Assembly: GCA_013265495.1 (NCBI GenBank)
Contig: MU058059.1
Location: 310,001-374,000, forward strand
Length of the DNA stretch: 64,000 bases
Source of the DNA: Vicugna vicugna
Taxonomy: Eukaryota
Direction of reading: 5' to 3'
The position numbers and the translations under genes are program-made. Below, one piece after another: positions 14,194 through 27,586 of this stretch (positions are counted from its first letter, which is position 1; every line of letters begins with the position of its first letter). The notes below the pieces were generated by a model. That model had not been told where the DNA came from. It was given only the letters and a program-made list of their open reading frames with translations, and did not search any database.

Positions 14194-14584
14194 TGTTAAA
14201 AACAAGGCAACAGGCTGAAAATGGAGTCACTTGTGCTAAGGCCCCCCATCACCAAACCCAGACTTAACTTAACCACAGTTTTACTTCTCCCAGAAATGGA
14301 ATCTTAACCAGTCACTCAGAAATCACCTGATTAACACGAGCGAGGCCATCTTCCGGACAGAGCCCTGCCATCCCCTACAGGAAACTGACCCTGACGTGAG
14401 CAGCCCACTGTTTGCTAGGGTAACTGCCTGGTTTCTGCTCCCTTCTGCCTATGGAAGTCTTTATTTTTCACAGCTCCTTGGAACTCCCCTTTATATACTA
14501 CATGGGATGTTGCCTGATTCATAAGTCACTGAAAACAGCCAATAAGCTCTTTAAAATTCACTGCTGAACTTTGTTTTTTTAACA
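14194..14584 (+). mobile_element. ERV1-class solo LTR (391 bp)
   Basis: Termini tgttaaaaac...gtttttttaaca (TG..CA, inverted); 4-bp flanks atac/atat; aaatggagtcacttgtgctaag near the 5' end. Confidence 0.85.
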
Positions 14585-14729
14585 ATATTAAGGAAATGGT
14601 CCAAATGGTTTTCTTTCACTTTCTTGATTTAAAAAAGAAAAAAAAAGCCATGGCAGGTATTAGTTCAGAAGGCTGAACAAATTTTATTCAGAATTTCTAC
14701 GACAAGGTGTTTATGTGCACTAGTTTTTG

Positions 14730-14945
14730 GCTTTTTATTTTGTCGCAGTCTAGCTGATCTACAGTGTTGTGTTAGTCTCTAGTGCGCAGCACAGTGGTTC
14801 AGTTGTACATGTATATTCTGTTTCACATTCTCAGCCATTATATGCTATTGTAAGATACAGAATGCAGTTCCCTGTGCTGCACGTCAGAACTTGTTCATCT
14901 GCTTTATACTCAGCAGTGTGTATCCACTGGCCCCAAACTTCTACT
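14730..14945 (-). mobile_element. L1 3' end with strongly GC-shifted sequence
   Basis: Collinear with the L1 3' ends at 6470-6670 and (reverse complement) 54560-54765; core gaatgcagttccctgtgctgcac. Confidence 0.9.
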
Positions 14946-15914
14946 TCATCTGTCCTCCTACGTCTACTAGTTTTCGATGCAACCAAACCGGATGACTTGG
15001 CAATAACAGAGAGCAACAAACTAACTGTACTGTTAGCACTTATATGCAGACAGGTTCTCCATAAAATACACATTCAACTTTAAGTAAGTATTACACATCT
15101 ACAGACCTTTCAGACTATTCCACCCTTGCTCTGTGTTACTCACTGACATAGAAGGCCTCTGTTCGGGGCTGGCGCTTCTTTGCAGAAACTTGTTTTAAGG
15201 TGGGCGATGTTCCCTAAGCACTGCCAGCCTGAGAGCACTTGCACCGACAGGGCACAGAAGCAACACCTGGGCCACACCTCTCAGTCCACCTTCCTCCACC
15301 GTGCGTCCACTGTGCACAAGGCGCTCCTGGGCGCTCAGCTCATAACCTCCCGCCCCAGCGAGGAGCCGGCCATCCGCCCTGGGCTAGTGTGAGCCCCAGA
15401 GGTCCACAGCGTAAGTCCCCCCCACCACCCCCAACTTGCCAGTCCCACATCTCCCTGCTTACCAAGACTTCAGCCTTAAGGGTAATTCTTTAGAATAGAA
15501 AACACGTTTCTTCTAGTTTATCACAGAATGAAAAAGAGAAACAAAGACAACAGAGGTTGTCTGAGAGTTCTAGCCTACACAACAGGCGACAGCATCACGC
15601 CGATTTTACTGATGTGCAACGAGGAGGCTCCCAGTTAGGCTTCTTTTCAATTCCTCGTGACACGAGTTCACTCATTTTACCTTCATTTCTCCACTCAGGA
15701 AAAAGAGAGAGAGAGAGAGAGACCAATTCTTTCATCATAATATCTTATTTCAAAGCAGTGAAGCCCAATGAGATAAAGTCTCCTATCTTATTTCAAAATA
15801 ACGTCTTGGGACCCTGGTAGCGCAGCAGCTCTGCGGGCTTTAGAACCCCACCTCCAGCAGAGGGGGCGGGGGCAGGAAGGGGAAGGGGCCACAGGGCCCC
15901 GGCAGTCACAGGGG

Positions 15915-16145
15915 TGGCACTCACTGTAAACCCCTGCTGCATGTGCTCGTCAGGCTGGTGCGCGGTAAGCGTTTCTAATGGATTGAGGTATTTCATCTTC
16001 AGAACTGCCTACGAGATGAGACATAATACTCAGTCTCTTTTTTCAGATGAGGAAACTGAAAAAGAAGTTAAGAAACCTGGCCCAGTTCACCTGGCTAGTA
16101 AGAACAGAGCCCAAATTTGAACCCACACAGTCCAGCCTCAGCTTT
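15915..16145 (-). mobile_element. MIR SINE
   Basis: tttcagatgaggaaactga...gttaagaaacctggcccagttcacctggctagtaag...atttgaacccacacagtc. Confidence 0.8.
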
Positions 16146-17569
16146 CAGTCAATGAGTAACACAGAACAAGGTTTCAATGACTACAATGAACTGCCTCATT
16201 CTTGTGCCTGTTGCTGGGCAAGGCCTCTGGAGAAACGTCATCCTGTATGTTTTCCCAGCAAAGTTTTAATAGATGAAGATACTATAGTTCAGAGGACTGA
16301 AGCCTTTCCCAAGGTCACTAAGCTGGAGCTATGGGAGTGTAACGTAAGTTTTCACTCTTGTTTCTACTACATAATTAAGTCCCTATGGATCCAAGAACTC
16401 GGTATATACTGAGATCTAAAATGCAATACGCCACTGACAGACACAGCAAAATTATTTTAATTCCTTGGGTATTAACAGGGCACCGGGGGATGGAGAGGTA
16501 AACCCAACTTCCGTGATTTTGCTCAAAGTCACCCTCAGATGACAGTTAGACGTGGCCTTCTGGCTCCCTGGCCTGTCCCGCGGGAGCCCCAGCCGCAGAC
16601 CCCCACGTGCTAATCTCTACAAGCCTGTCCGGAGGTTCCTATATAATGGCATTAATTAGCTTAATAGGAAAAAACAAACAAACAAATTTGGAGAAGCAAG
16701 CATGGATGTTGATTTGAAAATTCAAAGGAAACAATTTAACAATGACCTTCATGGTGAAATAAGGAACACAATGCACAAACTCTAACCCTACTTTCACTCC
16801 TTCAGGGTAGTTCCTCCTTGGAGTCTGCACCATTTGTGAAGATTTCACTGCATAAGGATTTATTTTATCCTGGAATCAAACATTCTTTTCGACTCTATTA
16901 TTCTCCTGCCAATCAGCCTCACGAATGGCTCTCTACTTTAATTAACTGCCTTTTACATCATTTTCTTGTAGAAGCTGCTGAATCTGGCTAATTATTCAAG
17001 GGGGCAGAGGGAAGACACATAGACGCATTACCACTGAATGTAGAAAAAGGAGAGATGGAAATATCAACCGGCCGTTCTCCTGAGCCCCAGGTTCATCCAC
17101 CAGGCTGCCCAGCCTTCCCCGGATGTATGCTCTGCTTCTCAAGCTTACAAAAGACCTGATTTCTCCCTCTCAGGCTAGTCTCAGCCCAACAGCCAGAGTA
17201 ATCCTCTTAAGAAGTCAGTCAATTACACCAGAAATGAGTATCATCTTATATGTCAATTACATTGCAAAGAAAATAAAGTCAAATCTACAATTTGATGGAC
17301 GTACACACTAATTTTGAATTGAAAAATTGTCTTTTAAAAGGCTTTGCATTATGTCCAAATCTTGAAGTATAAACGCTATACTGCTTTTGTGAGTATGATC
17401 ACATCCCAGTGTCATGTCTGTCTGGTCTGTCACATAGTACCAGGCATTGATGGTGAATGACTCACTACTTAGTATCATTCTTAGACACTGAACATCATTT
17501 AAATTTTTAATTAGTATTTTTATATAAAATAAAAATGATGAGGGGATTAAGAAAAAAAGGCAAATCACA

Positions 17570-18126
17570 TTATTCTTTTCTCAAAACCTGTCAAGTGGCT
17601 GCCTTTTTCTCTCTCAGAGTAAAGGTGAAGTCATCACAGTGGAGTCCAAGTCCTGCATGATGTTTGGACCCCTCCGGCCTCAGCCTCCTCGATCACCCCT
17701 GGGCTGCACACAGTTCCTCAAATTCATGGGCACCCTCCCACCTCAGTGCCCTGGGCGCCGTCTTCATCTAGAACATCCCGAGATCCATACAGCCCTCCTC
17801 GCCTGCTTCTCATTTTACCCAAACGTGACCTACTCAGTGGGGCACTTTCCTACCCTCCTCTATTGAAAACGGCAGCTTTGTCCCCCGCCACTCCGCTCAC
17901 CTCCGGCTTTACGTCTCTCCCCAGCGCCCGTCCCAGGGTCACACACTCTCTCTATTGTCACAGCGTTCTTGGCCCCTCATTGTATAGATACTCCCTCTGC
18001 CGTCTGAAAGGCAAAAGAACAAGCCTGCATCTATTCTGTCCGCACTCTCCGTGCAGAGAACAGCGCCTGGCTCTAGTAAGTGCTCAGTGTGTATTTCTTG
18101 AATTAACGAATAAAGGAATGAATGAA
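17570..18126 (+). mobile_element. L2 LINE 3' end
   Basis: ctctcagagtaaaggtgaagtcatcacagtgg...gcgcctggctctagtaagtgctcagtgtgtatttcttgaattaacgaataaaggaatgaatgaat. Confidence 0.85.
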
Positions 18127-20490
18127 TCACCAAGAGAACTTCACTTTGCTGAATAAGGGAAAGAGACTAGACGGAAATGACCGACCATGTCCCTGGCTAC
18201 GTGGGAGCATCAAGGAGCCCATCACATTCATGGCATGATATGGTCAGAAGTTCTGGTGAAAATAAGTAACAGTGAAACTGGTTCTAGATATGCTGGCGCA
18301 AAGGAGCCAGGCAGGACGTGCACCTGGAGAGAGTACAGCAGCCACGCAGTAATGACGGGCTGTAGTTTTTGTTTCTCAGCTTTCAATTTCCCCAGATCCG
18401 TAGGCCACGCTTCAACTTTCCTTATTTCCATCCTTCTATTCCACTATACTCACATCAATGGTCTCTCAGGTCATACCCATCAGCCAGGTGACCACGGGCA
18501 GGTAACTTCACTACTCGTGCCTCTTTACAGAAAAAGGATTTGGGTTCCACCAAGCAAAGGGCACTGCCAAGGTCCAGCAGACGTTCCCCGGGAACCTCAC
18601 TGGAGACGGGGGGAGCCTGCAGATGTCGGGGTGGAGAGGAACCCCTCTTTTCCTTTCTACTCCAAGATACATTCTTCGCCCTTGGCCCACAGCCATTTCA
18701 AAGGGAAAGTTCTCCTTAGAAGAAACTGGAGCCCTTGTTATCCGAGAAGGCACAATATTCAGGTGGGAAAAGTCATCACAACATTCACCTCGGTATTTAT
18801 AACCACTTCTGCTTTTAGGTCCCACACTCACGGCTACCACCTCCCGATCGTCAACAGGAACAACAGAAAAATAAACTCATCAGTTTCAGCGTCACATGGT
18901 TTCTCTGTACCTGAGGAAGTTCTGATGCCAACAATTTTGAAGATCACCATTCAAGAGTATTTTGCTACTGTTTTATAGTTCATGTTTCATTAGATCGCTG
19001 AGGGGCTAGTTTTTTGCCAGCTCGGGAACATCTGTTCTTATAAATTTATGTTTTTATAATTAGTAACACTGCACCTTCTCATGCCTGTCACCGTCATTCT
19101 CAAGCAGGATCTTTACTGAGAAACCTCACTTTATGGAAAAAAGCTGAGTCTTTTCGATGTGACTTCCTAGTACAAAGTAAAGTGACAACGTATCATTTCT
19201 TTCTATAGACTTTCATGTAGAGTTGACTATACAACAAGACTTTTAAAAAAATGTTTGATTGCTTAAATAATTTATCAAAGCAGATCCACATAGTACTGAG
19301 AAAAGAAAACCAAACCCTAAAGTATGGATTTAGGAAGGATATCACCAGATAAGTCAGGTACTGTATCCAGCCAGTCAATAACAAAACCCCAAAAAACCCT
19401 GCAATGCCCCGGGAAATCAAGTAAAAGGGAATGTCGGTGCATTGAACGCTTTTAGAAGCTCAGAAGCAAAAGGGACTCTGAGAGAAATCCAGCCTCCAGC
19501 AAAATACACTCAGATGCACTGAGAAAGAGAGACAGGGAGGCGTGTTTATCTTTCTCTCACATCTTAGAAATTGTTTATCTTTTAAGAAAGTTTTTCAGAC
19601 ATGGGATTATGTAACTTCTAAAGCTGGAAGGTCTGTCAAGTTCATTTATTCCAAGAACTTGACCTTACAGATGGGAGAGTGCTGGGCTCCGAGGGAAAAT
19701 GGAAACTCATGGTCAAGCAGACAGGACCATGGGGGCCCTGATGTGTTTCTCTTAGTAACCAATTTGGAGACAGCCCGCCTTATCACAGTCTCTTTGGAGA
19801 ATGACAGAGTCTGCTCAATGTTGAAAAAGACAAAGAATTCAATGTTTCATTCTGAGACTGTGGATGTGCAAAGGGTATCTATTCACTTAGGCCACTGTAA
19901 ATAGGAGCCAGACACGGGAGCAATTGGTGGGGGGGTGCTAATATTATTATGAAAATAGATAAAACTCCTTTTAGTATTAATAGGAGGATCTGGGAAGAGG
20001 AGTATTTGAAGTTGGCATTGGCAATGGCTTCATTGTATCCATTGAAAATAAACTCTAGGATCACTGACATTAAGGAGAGTCAGAAAAGAAGAAAGAAAAA
20101 AATTAGCAAAACTCCCATGCCGCGCTGTATCCTAGACTCCTTTATTTCGCACAAAAGAGCACTCGTAGCCCTCTTGCAGCAGTGGGCTTTTAAAACGTTT
20201 GTGCTTTCCCTGTACACCAACAGCTGAGAAAAGGGAAGCTGAATATTCAAAACAAAACAAAGGAGTTAGGTTTACCTCCAAATTCAAAAATAATAGCTCT
20301 TGCAGAATTCAAAGGCAGCCACCGGGGATAAAACATTTGCCGCTGATGGGCTGGGAACACTGCCCCAGATGTCACCGTTAATTACCACCATCCAGCTGAA
20401 TATCAGACACCAATTCACATCTCACAACGGCTGTGCCACTAATCATAAGCTACTTTTTTTTTTTCTGAAACAAAGTCACATTTTTCTTAC

Positions 20491-20600
20491 TTTCAAGAAG
20501 TTTTGAGGCTGAATGCTTTCAAGACCCTCGGAGACTGATCTTCAGATTTAAAGCACCATAGCAGTTAAAGCCCAGCACTGGTGGCTGGCACCTGAGATCC
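20491..20600 (-). other. Candidate 110-nt non-coding exon
   Basis: Minus strand: gcttgtctgtgttttccctcgcgcag|GGATCTCAG...CTTCTTGAAA|gtaaga; stops in all three frames; lies in repeat-poor sequence. Confidence 0.5.
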
Positions 20601-23600
20601 CTGCGCGAGGGAAAACACAGACAAGCGCCCCAGCAAGCACTGCATGTAGTCACACAGCGGCACACTCAACTCGCTCTCCTTCCAGGGAACAGCAGAGGAC
20701 TGCTCATTAACTCAGTAAAGTCTCATGAAGGGAAATTACCGTATTTCTCACCTAGGAAATACGATAATGCACTGTGCAATAGGATTTATGCCCATTCAAC
20801 TCCATTCATCCAGCCCTAACTAATCTTCTCCAGGATGCTCTGAAGAGTTACAGAGGAATAAGCAGGAGGAGGATGCTTGACCCAAAGGATAAGTTTTAGT
20901 GAGGAAAGGCAAATAATATTCTGAAACGTTCAAACATGGCAAACAAAACAGATATTTCTAAGAACTATTACGATCAAAAGACATTACCTTCACTTCTAAG
21001 GTGACCACAATTTAGACACTAATAACCTTGGACCAGAATAAGCATAAATGCCTATCCCAACCCTGGTAGCTTTTGCTAAAGACAAACCTCAGTTCCCTTG
21101 GAATTCAACTCGATTCCAGCGAGTCCCTCCATTTATAATTGCACTTTCTATGCTGTTCCTACCTTCCTTCGTTCTCAGGTTTGGCACTCTGTCTACCACC
21201 TCTGGTCAGGCTCTCCCTTTTTCCATTCTTTTTCTAAAATTTGTATGCTTCAGAGAAGACAAAAGTAAGTCTCTGGTAGGTAACATCTCATACTTTATCC
21301 TGCCTCCTCTCTTTCTTGCTCATTGATGGACAACAGCTTTGAAGATCAGCACATATTTCTTGTGTCCACGTTGTCCTACGTAAGGCAGAGACCCGTGATA
21401 GGAAAGGGAAGGCTTATCCATGGCCAGTGTTGTCCACGAGATTCCTTTTTCTCAAGACCTGGAATTTGGAAGCCTAGTTCCTAGAAATGACTGTTCTCTT
21501 TACTAAGTGCCAGGATACACAGGGACCCTACTTTGTATAAAGCGGTGCTTTTGTTAATGACCCCAGTTATCAACAATTAAATGGAAACCAGAACTTCGGA
21601 GCTGCAAGGCTGATTAGAGGTAGATCAACTAGTCCAGACTGCCTTGAAGGCGAGGATGCTCATACTCAGAGAAGGTGAATACCACGCCCAAGATCACCCA
21701 GCTTGTTGCAAAAAATTGACAGCTCAAGATGTTAATTCTGAGATTCCCAACAAGTGGTAACTGACTTAGATCTAACAGCTGCATTATTTAGACTCAATCG
21801 TGACCCATCCAAGACCTCACTTGTACCTCAAGTAAGCCTGTCCTGCATTCGGGTGCACACTCAGAATCTAAAGTCATACTGACTGTCAACCACGTTGTTT
21901 ATATTTTCCAGAAGACAATGAGACCACATTCTGAGATTAATAAGCAAGAAAGCATACACATTTTAGCATATTTAACATAAATATGCACATATTGGCCTAT
22001 TTCAGTTTTTTAAAATTGGAGAACAATTGAAGTTAAAACCATTTTTTCCCATCTGACTCTATTGGTTAGTTCTCACAGAGACACCTTGAATTAAGAAATG
22101 TTGTGCTCTGGTCCTTGATTCTTTGACAGCTGTAGAAACACAGATGAGAAAGACATGACCTGGAGCAGCTTACTTGCAGGAAAATATTAACATGCAAAAG
22201 CATGAATCATGATAGTCTACAGTCAGGTACTAACCTTCCAGGAACAGAACGCAGTTCAATGGGCCAAAATCGAGGAAGACATGCAGAGCCTTCAAAAGGC
22301 AGAGAGGGAGAAACCAGAAACAAAAGCACAGAATTAGCAGGAGGGACCAGTGAAGAAATCAAACCGAGAGATCGAGAAGAAGAGGTGCTGGGGTGTGGTG
22401 GGAAATAATGTAGGAATTTGTTTGAAGCACGCCAGATAAAAACCCCTGCCCAGGGATTGAGATTTAATGCATCATGGAACAGAGTACACATTCAAGTTCA
22501 TTCACCCTTTAGATTGCCTTTTGCCACAATTTAGCAAACCTGTCTGGGAAAGAGGTGGAAACCAGAGGGTTTTACAAATGAACATGGAAACGTGTTTGCA
22601 TGAGTCCTAAACTGCAAATTCCTGAGTTCTCTATGCTTTTATTCAACAAAATATTTCTCCTGCATCATCTCACCAAGGAAATTGTTTTTCCTCAACCTTT
22701 GTTCTGACTTTCTTTCAAACTGACTTTACATATGTATACATATATATTTTATTTTTAAAACTAAACTCATTACTGAGCATAGTTTTCCCTATTCTGCAAA
22801 CTGCCAGCTTTGAGCGTGGAATGAAGAGCATCGCCAATGAAACTCAGAATCTTTCCACCATAATTTGATCTACCCTGAAGTCTGGGCCACTTCGTATAAA
22901 TCATTTCCACATGCCTCAGGACTAAAACCAAGGCTGAGCGATGTTACTACTTAAATCTCAGTTCAAGTGATATATATTAAGCTTTCTCCAAGATAAACTA
23001 GAGATAAGATCAACTTTTTTTTTGATTTTTGCAAAAGAAAAAGAAAATACAAAGGCCGTCATGTTGAACGTAAAACGCTGCAGGCCTTTTATCTACAAAG
23101 TTCAACTAATCCTAAGGGAATCCAGGATCAATAGTTCTTTTATTTGGTTTCTTTGGCAAAAGCATTAAAAATTAGATTTTACTACGTCACCCAATAAATT
23201 ACCTTAATGCCCACTTCGGAACAAGGCGTGGAGGGATGCACAGAACGCTCCGACAACTCAAGGCAACAAACAAGCATGGAGACGCTAATCCAAGCTGACC
23301 CCCTGACTTCCCACCATCACTCCAGCAAGTCATCCGACGCTCTGCTCTTCTGGCCAGCCCCGTGGCAAGGCCTAGTCAAAAGCAATACTGGTGATAAAAT
23401 CATACTTCTGCACGCAAGTTCTGCTGCTTCAAAAGAACTCCTTTTACTTCAATGTGTTTTGTAAAATTTACTCTGACTTATTCAATTTAGAATGCTTAGA
23501 AGTGTGTGTGTCTGCATGCACGTACCATAATTGGGAGTTTTCATGTTACAACTATGTGAATGTCTTTTATGCCAAAGCTATGAAAAAGGTATTCTGGATT

Positions 23601-25379
23601 GTTCTAGTCTCTCCTGACAGAACTTTAAGCAGTGAAACTACACACACATCTCACTGAAGATATACTCGAAAAGTAGAGTGTGCAGTGGACACAATCGGGT
23701 TGTTCTTGCTCTGTAAGCAAGGCTTCCTCAATAGCCCGAGGACACAAGGACATGTGATGTGACCAAAACAGAAGGATGAAGATGGCTGAGGAGGAGTGGG
23801 AATGCCAGGTCTGGGTCCTTCCCCAGCACAGAGCAAGTGTGAGGAGCACGGTCACAGCTCCCACAAGGGGACTCTGGCATTGATTCTGGCCGAGAGAAAG
23901 AGCAGGAATAAATAACCCACTGCCAGGGACTGGGAAGGCGACGTGTTTATTCCCACTGCAAAGGGAAGGGAAGCCCGCAGGGAGCACAGTCATGAGGTGA
24001 GCTATGTTCACACTTCGAAGATCTTGAAAGTACAGGATCCTGAGTGCCAGGGAAAGCTGAAAGGTGTTCCGACCCATAATAAAGAGATGAGCATCACCAG
24101 GGCCAGATGGACCATGAGGGGGGGCCTCAGCTGAAGTCCTCTTGGTCTGAAGGGGAGATGCAGACTGATGCCAACTTGTTAGGTTGTTAAATCTAAAATT
24201 TGGGGTTTATAATCGAGGTTAATGTAAATCTCACCTTACTTGGTGGGATCTGGCTAAAGATAACTCCTTGAAAGATGAAAACAACTTTATATAATAACAA
24301 GGGCATGATCTCAAAAACCAATGAAACAGAAAGTGCAATTTCAGGATCATGGAAGCTGAAAAAACGGAGCACTTATCTTGGTGTTAAATATTTAATAATG
24401 CCTCTGCCTTTGTCTGAGATAGAAAATAAATTAACATTATCTTCTATAGAGACTTGTGTTCCAGTTTACTTTGCTATCCATAGACACGTTAAATAGAAAT
24501 GAAGCTTTGATACGGTTACATTGCTTCTGTTCCTTAATAGTCATATTTTGAGATATCTATCAATATGTGTTTTATGTGAGGGAGGTGAGGGAAAGTCCTT
24601 CTCATGCCTTTTACAAAGCATCAAATTCTCAGCAGCAAACAGATCTACGCTGCTTTGCCCCAAGATACACTAGTATGCTCACTAGGTAGGTAAACAGCAA
24701 AAGCTAAATTTGTGATTTCACGAGAGACAAAAGTCTGGATTCCAGTGATCTCACCAAGAAGTAATGATGAGGCTTAGTGAGCAGGCTGAAATCTAATAGC
24801 ACAAAGAAATGCACAGAGATGAAGCAAACTAAAAAGGCTTCAAGAAAGGACTGGAGAGTCTTGGCTACAAAGTAGCCATCTGAAACACAAACAAAAACCA
24901 GCTAGCATTTTAAATGGCTACACGCTCAAATGCATCAGCAGTATGACGGGGCTCGCCAAACAGGTAACGCAACAGATGAGGGTAATGCAGTTAGAGTGTG
25001 GAGGGGGAGCACACCCATCTCTTAGTATCCTTATTTTGCCAGGAAACTAGCTAACTAGAATATTCAGTTCCGTGTTTGGACCCCCATTTCAAGTGGTGCA
25101 TTGATATCGAGAAGACATTCAGAGGATGTGTGTGATGGAACAGGACTGGAAATCTGTCATTGGGGGTGAGGAAGACAGGGAGTAGCTTCTTGGCCTGAAA
25201 AGGAGCCAAAGTCAGGAAAATGGAATAGTGTCCAAGTGTGGATGTGCCTCCCTTTGTCCGCAGCTCCCACAAACACAGAAGGAGCACACACAGTCCTCAT
25301 GGCCATCAGGGACCTTACTTCCCCCCTCCCCTCCAGCTCAGCGCTCTGCATATGGCGCCTACACACACACACACCAGGC

Positions 25380-25720
25380 TGTCTCCCGCCTTTGTGCCAC
25401 TATTCCTTTTCCGAAGGTGCCCTTTCACCCTTGCTTTCCTTCATCATGAGATAACATCTCCTCATCTTTAAGACTCAGATCAAACTCATTTACTCCTGAA
25501 AACATCTTTGACCTCCTCCTCTACTCTCCACCTCTGCCCCATCGAAAGCCTCTCTTCCTCTGTGGTTCTGAAGCATCCTGTGACCATTTTATAGCATGTA
25601 CAAAATGACTTGAAATGACTCATGTATAACTGTCTCTTGTAGCAGGTGAACCGGTAGGCAGAGACTCGATCTAACTTTCAGTGGCTGTGAATAGACATTA
25701 GCTGATCCGTAAATTACATT
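25380..25720 (+). mobile_element. L2 fragment
   Basis: gcctttgtgccactattccttttccgaaggtgccctttc...ctcatctttaagactcagatcaaa. Confidence 0.65.
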
Positions 25721-26165
25721 CTTTCCCATCAAACTTTTCATTCTCAGGGTAAGTACCTACCTCACAGCATCATTAGGATAATTAGAGGAGTTACTAATGA
25801 CAAAGAGCTTAGCTGCTATTATTATTACTCCCATGTATCAAACATGCAAGACACATATGTAATACTGTATGTAAAGTTAACGTCTCCTGCATCTGCCAAT
25901 GACTGAGTCTGAGTGCAATGATGGCTTCTGAAGGTGAACTCTTTTCGAGTGGAAAAAGAATGATGCAGACTGACTCCCAGGGCTGCAGAGGAGTGTGAAA
26001 GGGCTCAAACAGTGCAAGGTGGGCTTTAGATAATCACAGGGAACCAGGAACATGCTGATAAACACTGCAACGGGTAAGTCAAAGAGACACAGGGATCTCC
26101 TCTTGAAGAGGACAGACATGGGCTCAGCTGGACCGGGCGCTCACTTCTTGCCCTGACAGTAGACA

Positions 26166-26635
26166 TGGTTGGCAGAATCACAGTGTTAAAGACGCCCGTG
26201 TCCCAGCGCTCAGAGACTGTGCATGTTTTAGGTCACACAGCAAAGGGAAACTAAGGTTGCAAATGGAATTGAGGGTACTAATAAGCCGATCTCAACACGG
26301 AGATTATTCTAGATTATCCAGGTCGGGTCAGTGTCACCACCAAGGTCCTGAAAAGTGGAAGAGGGACAGAAGAGCACCAGAGAGATGGCTGCCGGAGAAC
26401 TCAGGAAATGGAGGAAGGAACCATGAGCCAAGAAATGAGGGGGGCTTCTAGAAGGTGAAGAAGGAAATGGATTCTCTCTTAGACCTTCCAGAAGGGTATA
26501 CAACCCTGCTGACATCTTTATTTTAGCCCAATGAGACTCATATTGGAATTCTGACCTCCTGAACCGGATGGTAATTTGTATCATATTAAGCCGCTCAATT
26601 TGTGGCTGTTGTTACAACAGCGAAAGAAAGCCCGG
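26166..26635 (+). mobile_element. MaLR solo LTR (MLT1D-like)
   Basis: gcaaagggaaactaaggttgcaaatggaattgagg...gagattattctagattatccagg...ggattctctcttagaccttccagaagg...ttagcccaatgagac. Confidence 0.9.
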
Positions 26636-27249
26636 TAGGTATGGCACCTGTCTACACTGCTTTAATGATCTCAAGCGCAGTGATGCTGCACGTGAGATCT
26701 AATAAATCCTTCCATTCGTTTTAATGAGTTCTTATTAAAATGTATTTTAAATGTTATATTTAAATAATACCTAAATAAAATCAATATGAAATGCAATGCA
26801 AAATTAAAGAAAAACATGAAGAATGATTTTATAAAAGGTTGTAAAATCTGACCAAATGCAAAACATATGGCCTGATGACAAGAAAAATTTAGATAAAAAA
26901 TACTTCCATTTCCATTGGAATCCTAAATTCAATAAAGGCAGGATGCGACTCATTTTTGCCCATTTTATCTTGGAACCTGATGCCTAGAATGTTAATATTT
27001 ACAAAACAAATGAATGGATATACAATGAATCAATCCTGGTTTATCTCAACATATACTGTGAATAGGAGATTGCTATCAAATTTGAAAGGTGTTTTTTGTA
27101 CATTCTTTTGTATTTTTTAATGATTTTTTTCTTTTAAATAGACTGCAGTTACTTTAGAACACTAAACTACATTAACAAGGTGACATGTTTCATAAACATG
27201 AACAACTCCCTGCTCAGTAAAAATAGTTTGGTTAATACCGACTGAATCC

Positions 27250-27586
27250 ATTATTGTGCTAAACGTTTTTATCTGCCCTGAATTCTTATGTTGAGACCTC
27301 ATCTCCATGTGGTGGTATTTAACGACGGAGCCTTTCGGGGGAGATTAGGACATGAGAGTGGAGCCCTCAAGAATGAGATCAGCGCCTTTATAACGGGCCC
27401 CACAGAGCTCCATCACCCCTTCTGCCATGTGAGGACATGCGTGCTGGAAAGTGGGTCCCCACCAGACATGGAATCTGCCAGCACTGTTGTCTTGGACTTC
27501 TCAGCCTTCAAAATAATGAAAAGTAAACTGCTGTTTAGAAGCTGCCCTGTTTGCGGTGCTCTGTGACTGCAAAACAGCCTAAGACA
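27250..27586 (+). mobile_element. MaLR solo LTR (MLT1A-like)
   Basis: gagattaggacatgagagtggagccctcaagaatgagatcagcgcctttataa...ccatgtgaggaca...cttggacttctcagccttcaaaa...cctaagaca. Confidence 0.9.

Noticed and set aside
18187..18978. Longest ORF (263 aa, + strand)
   Set aside because: No recognisable domain, random-looking composition, crosses a MIR-like stretch near 18480-18590, and no supporting promoter or splice structure.
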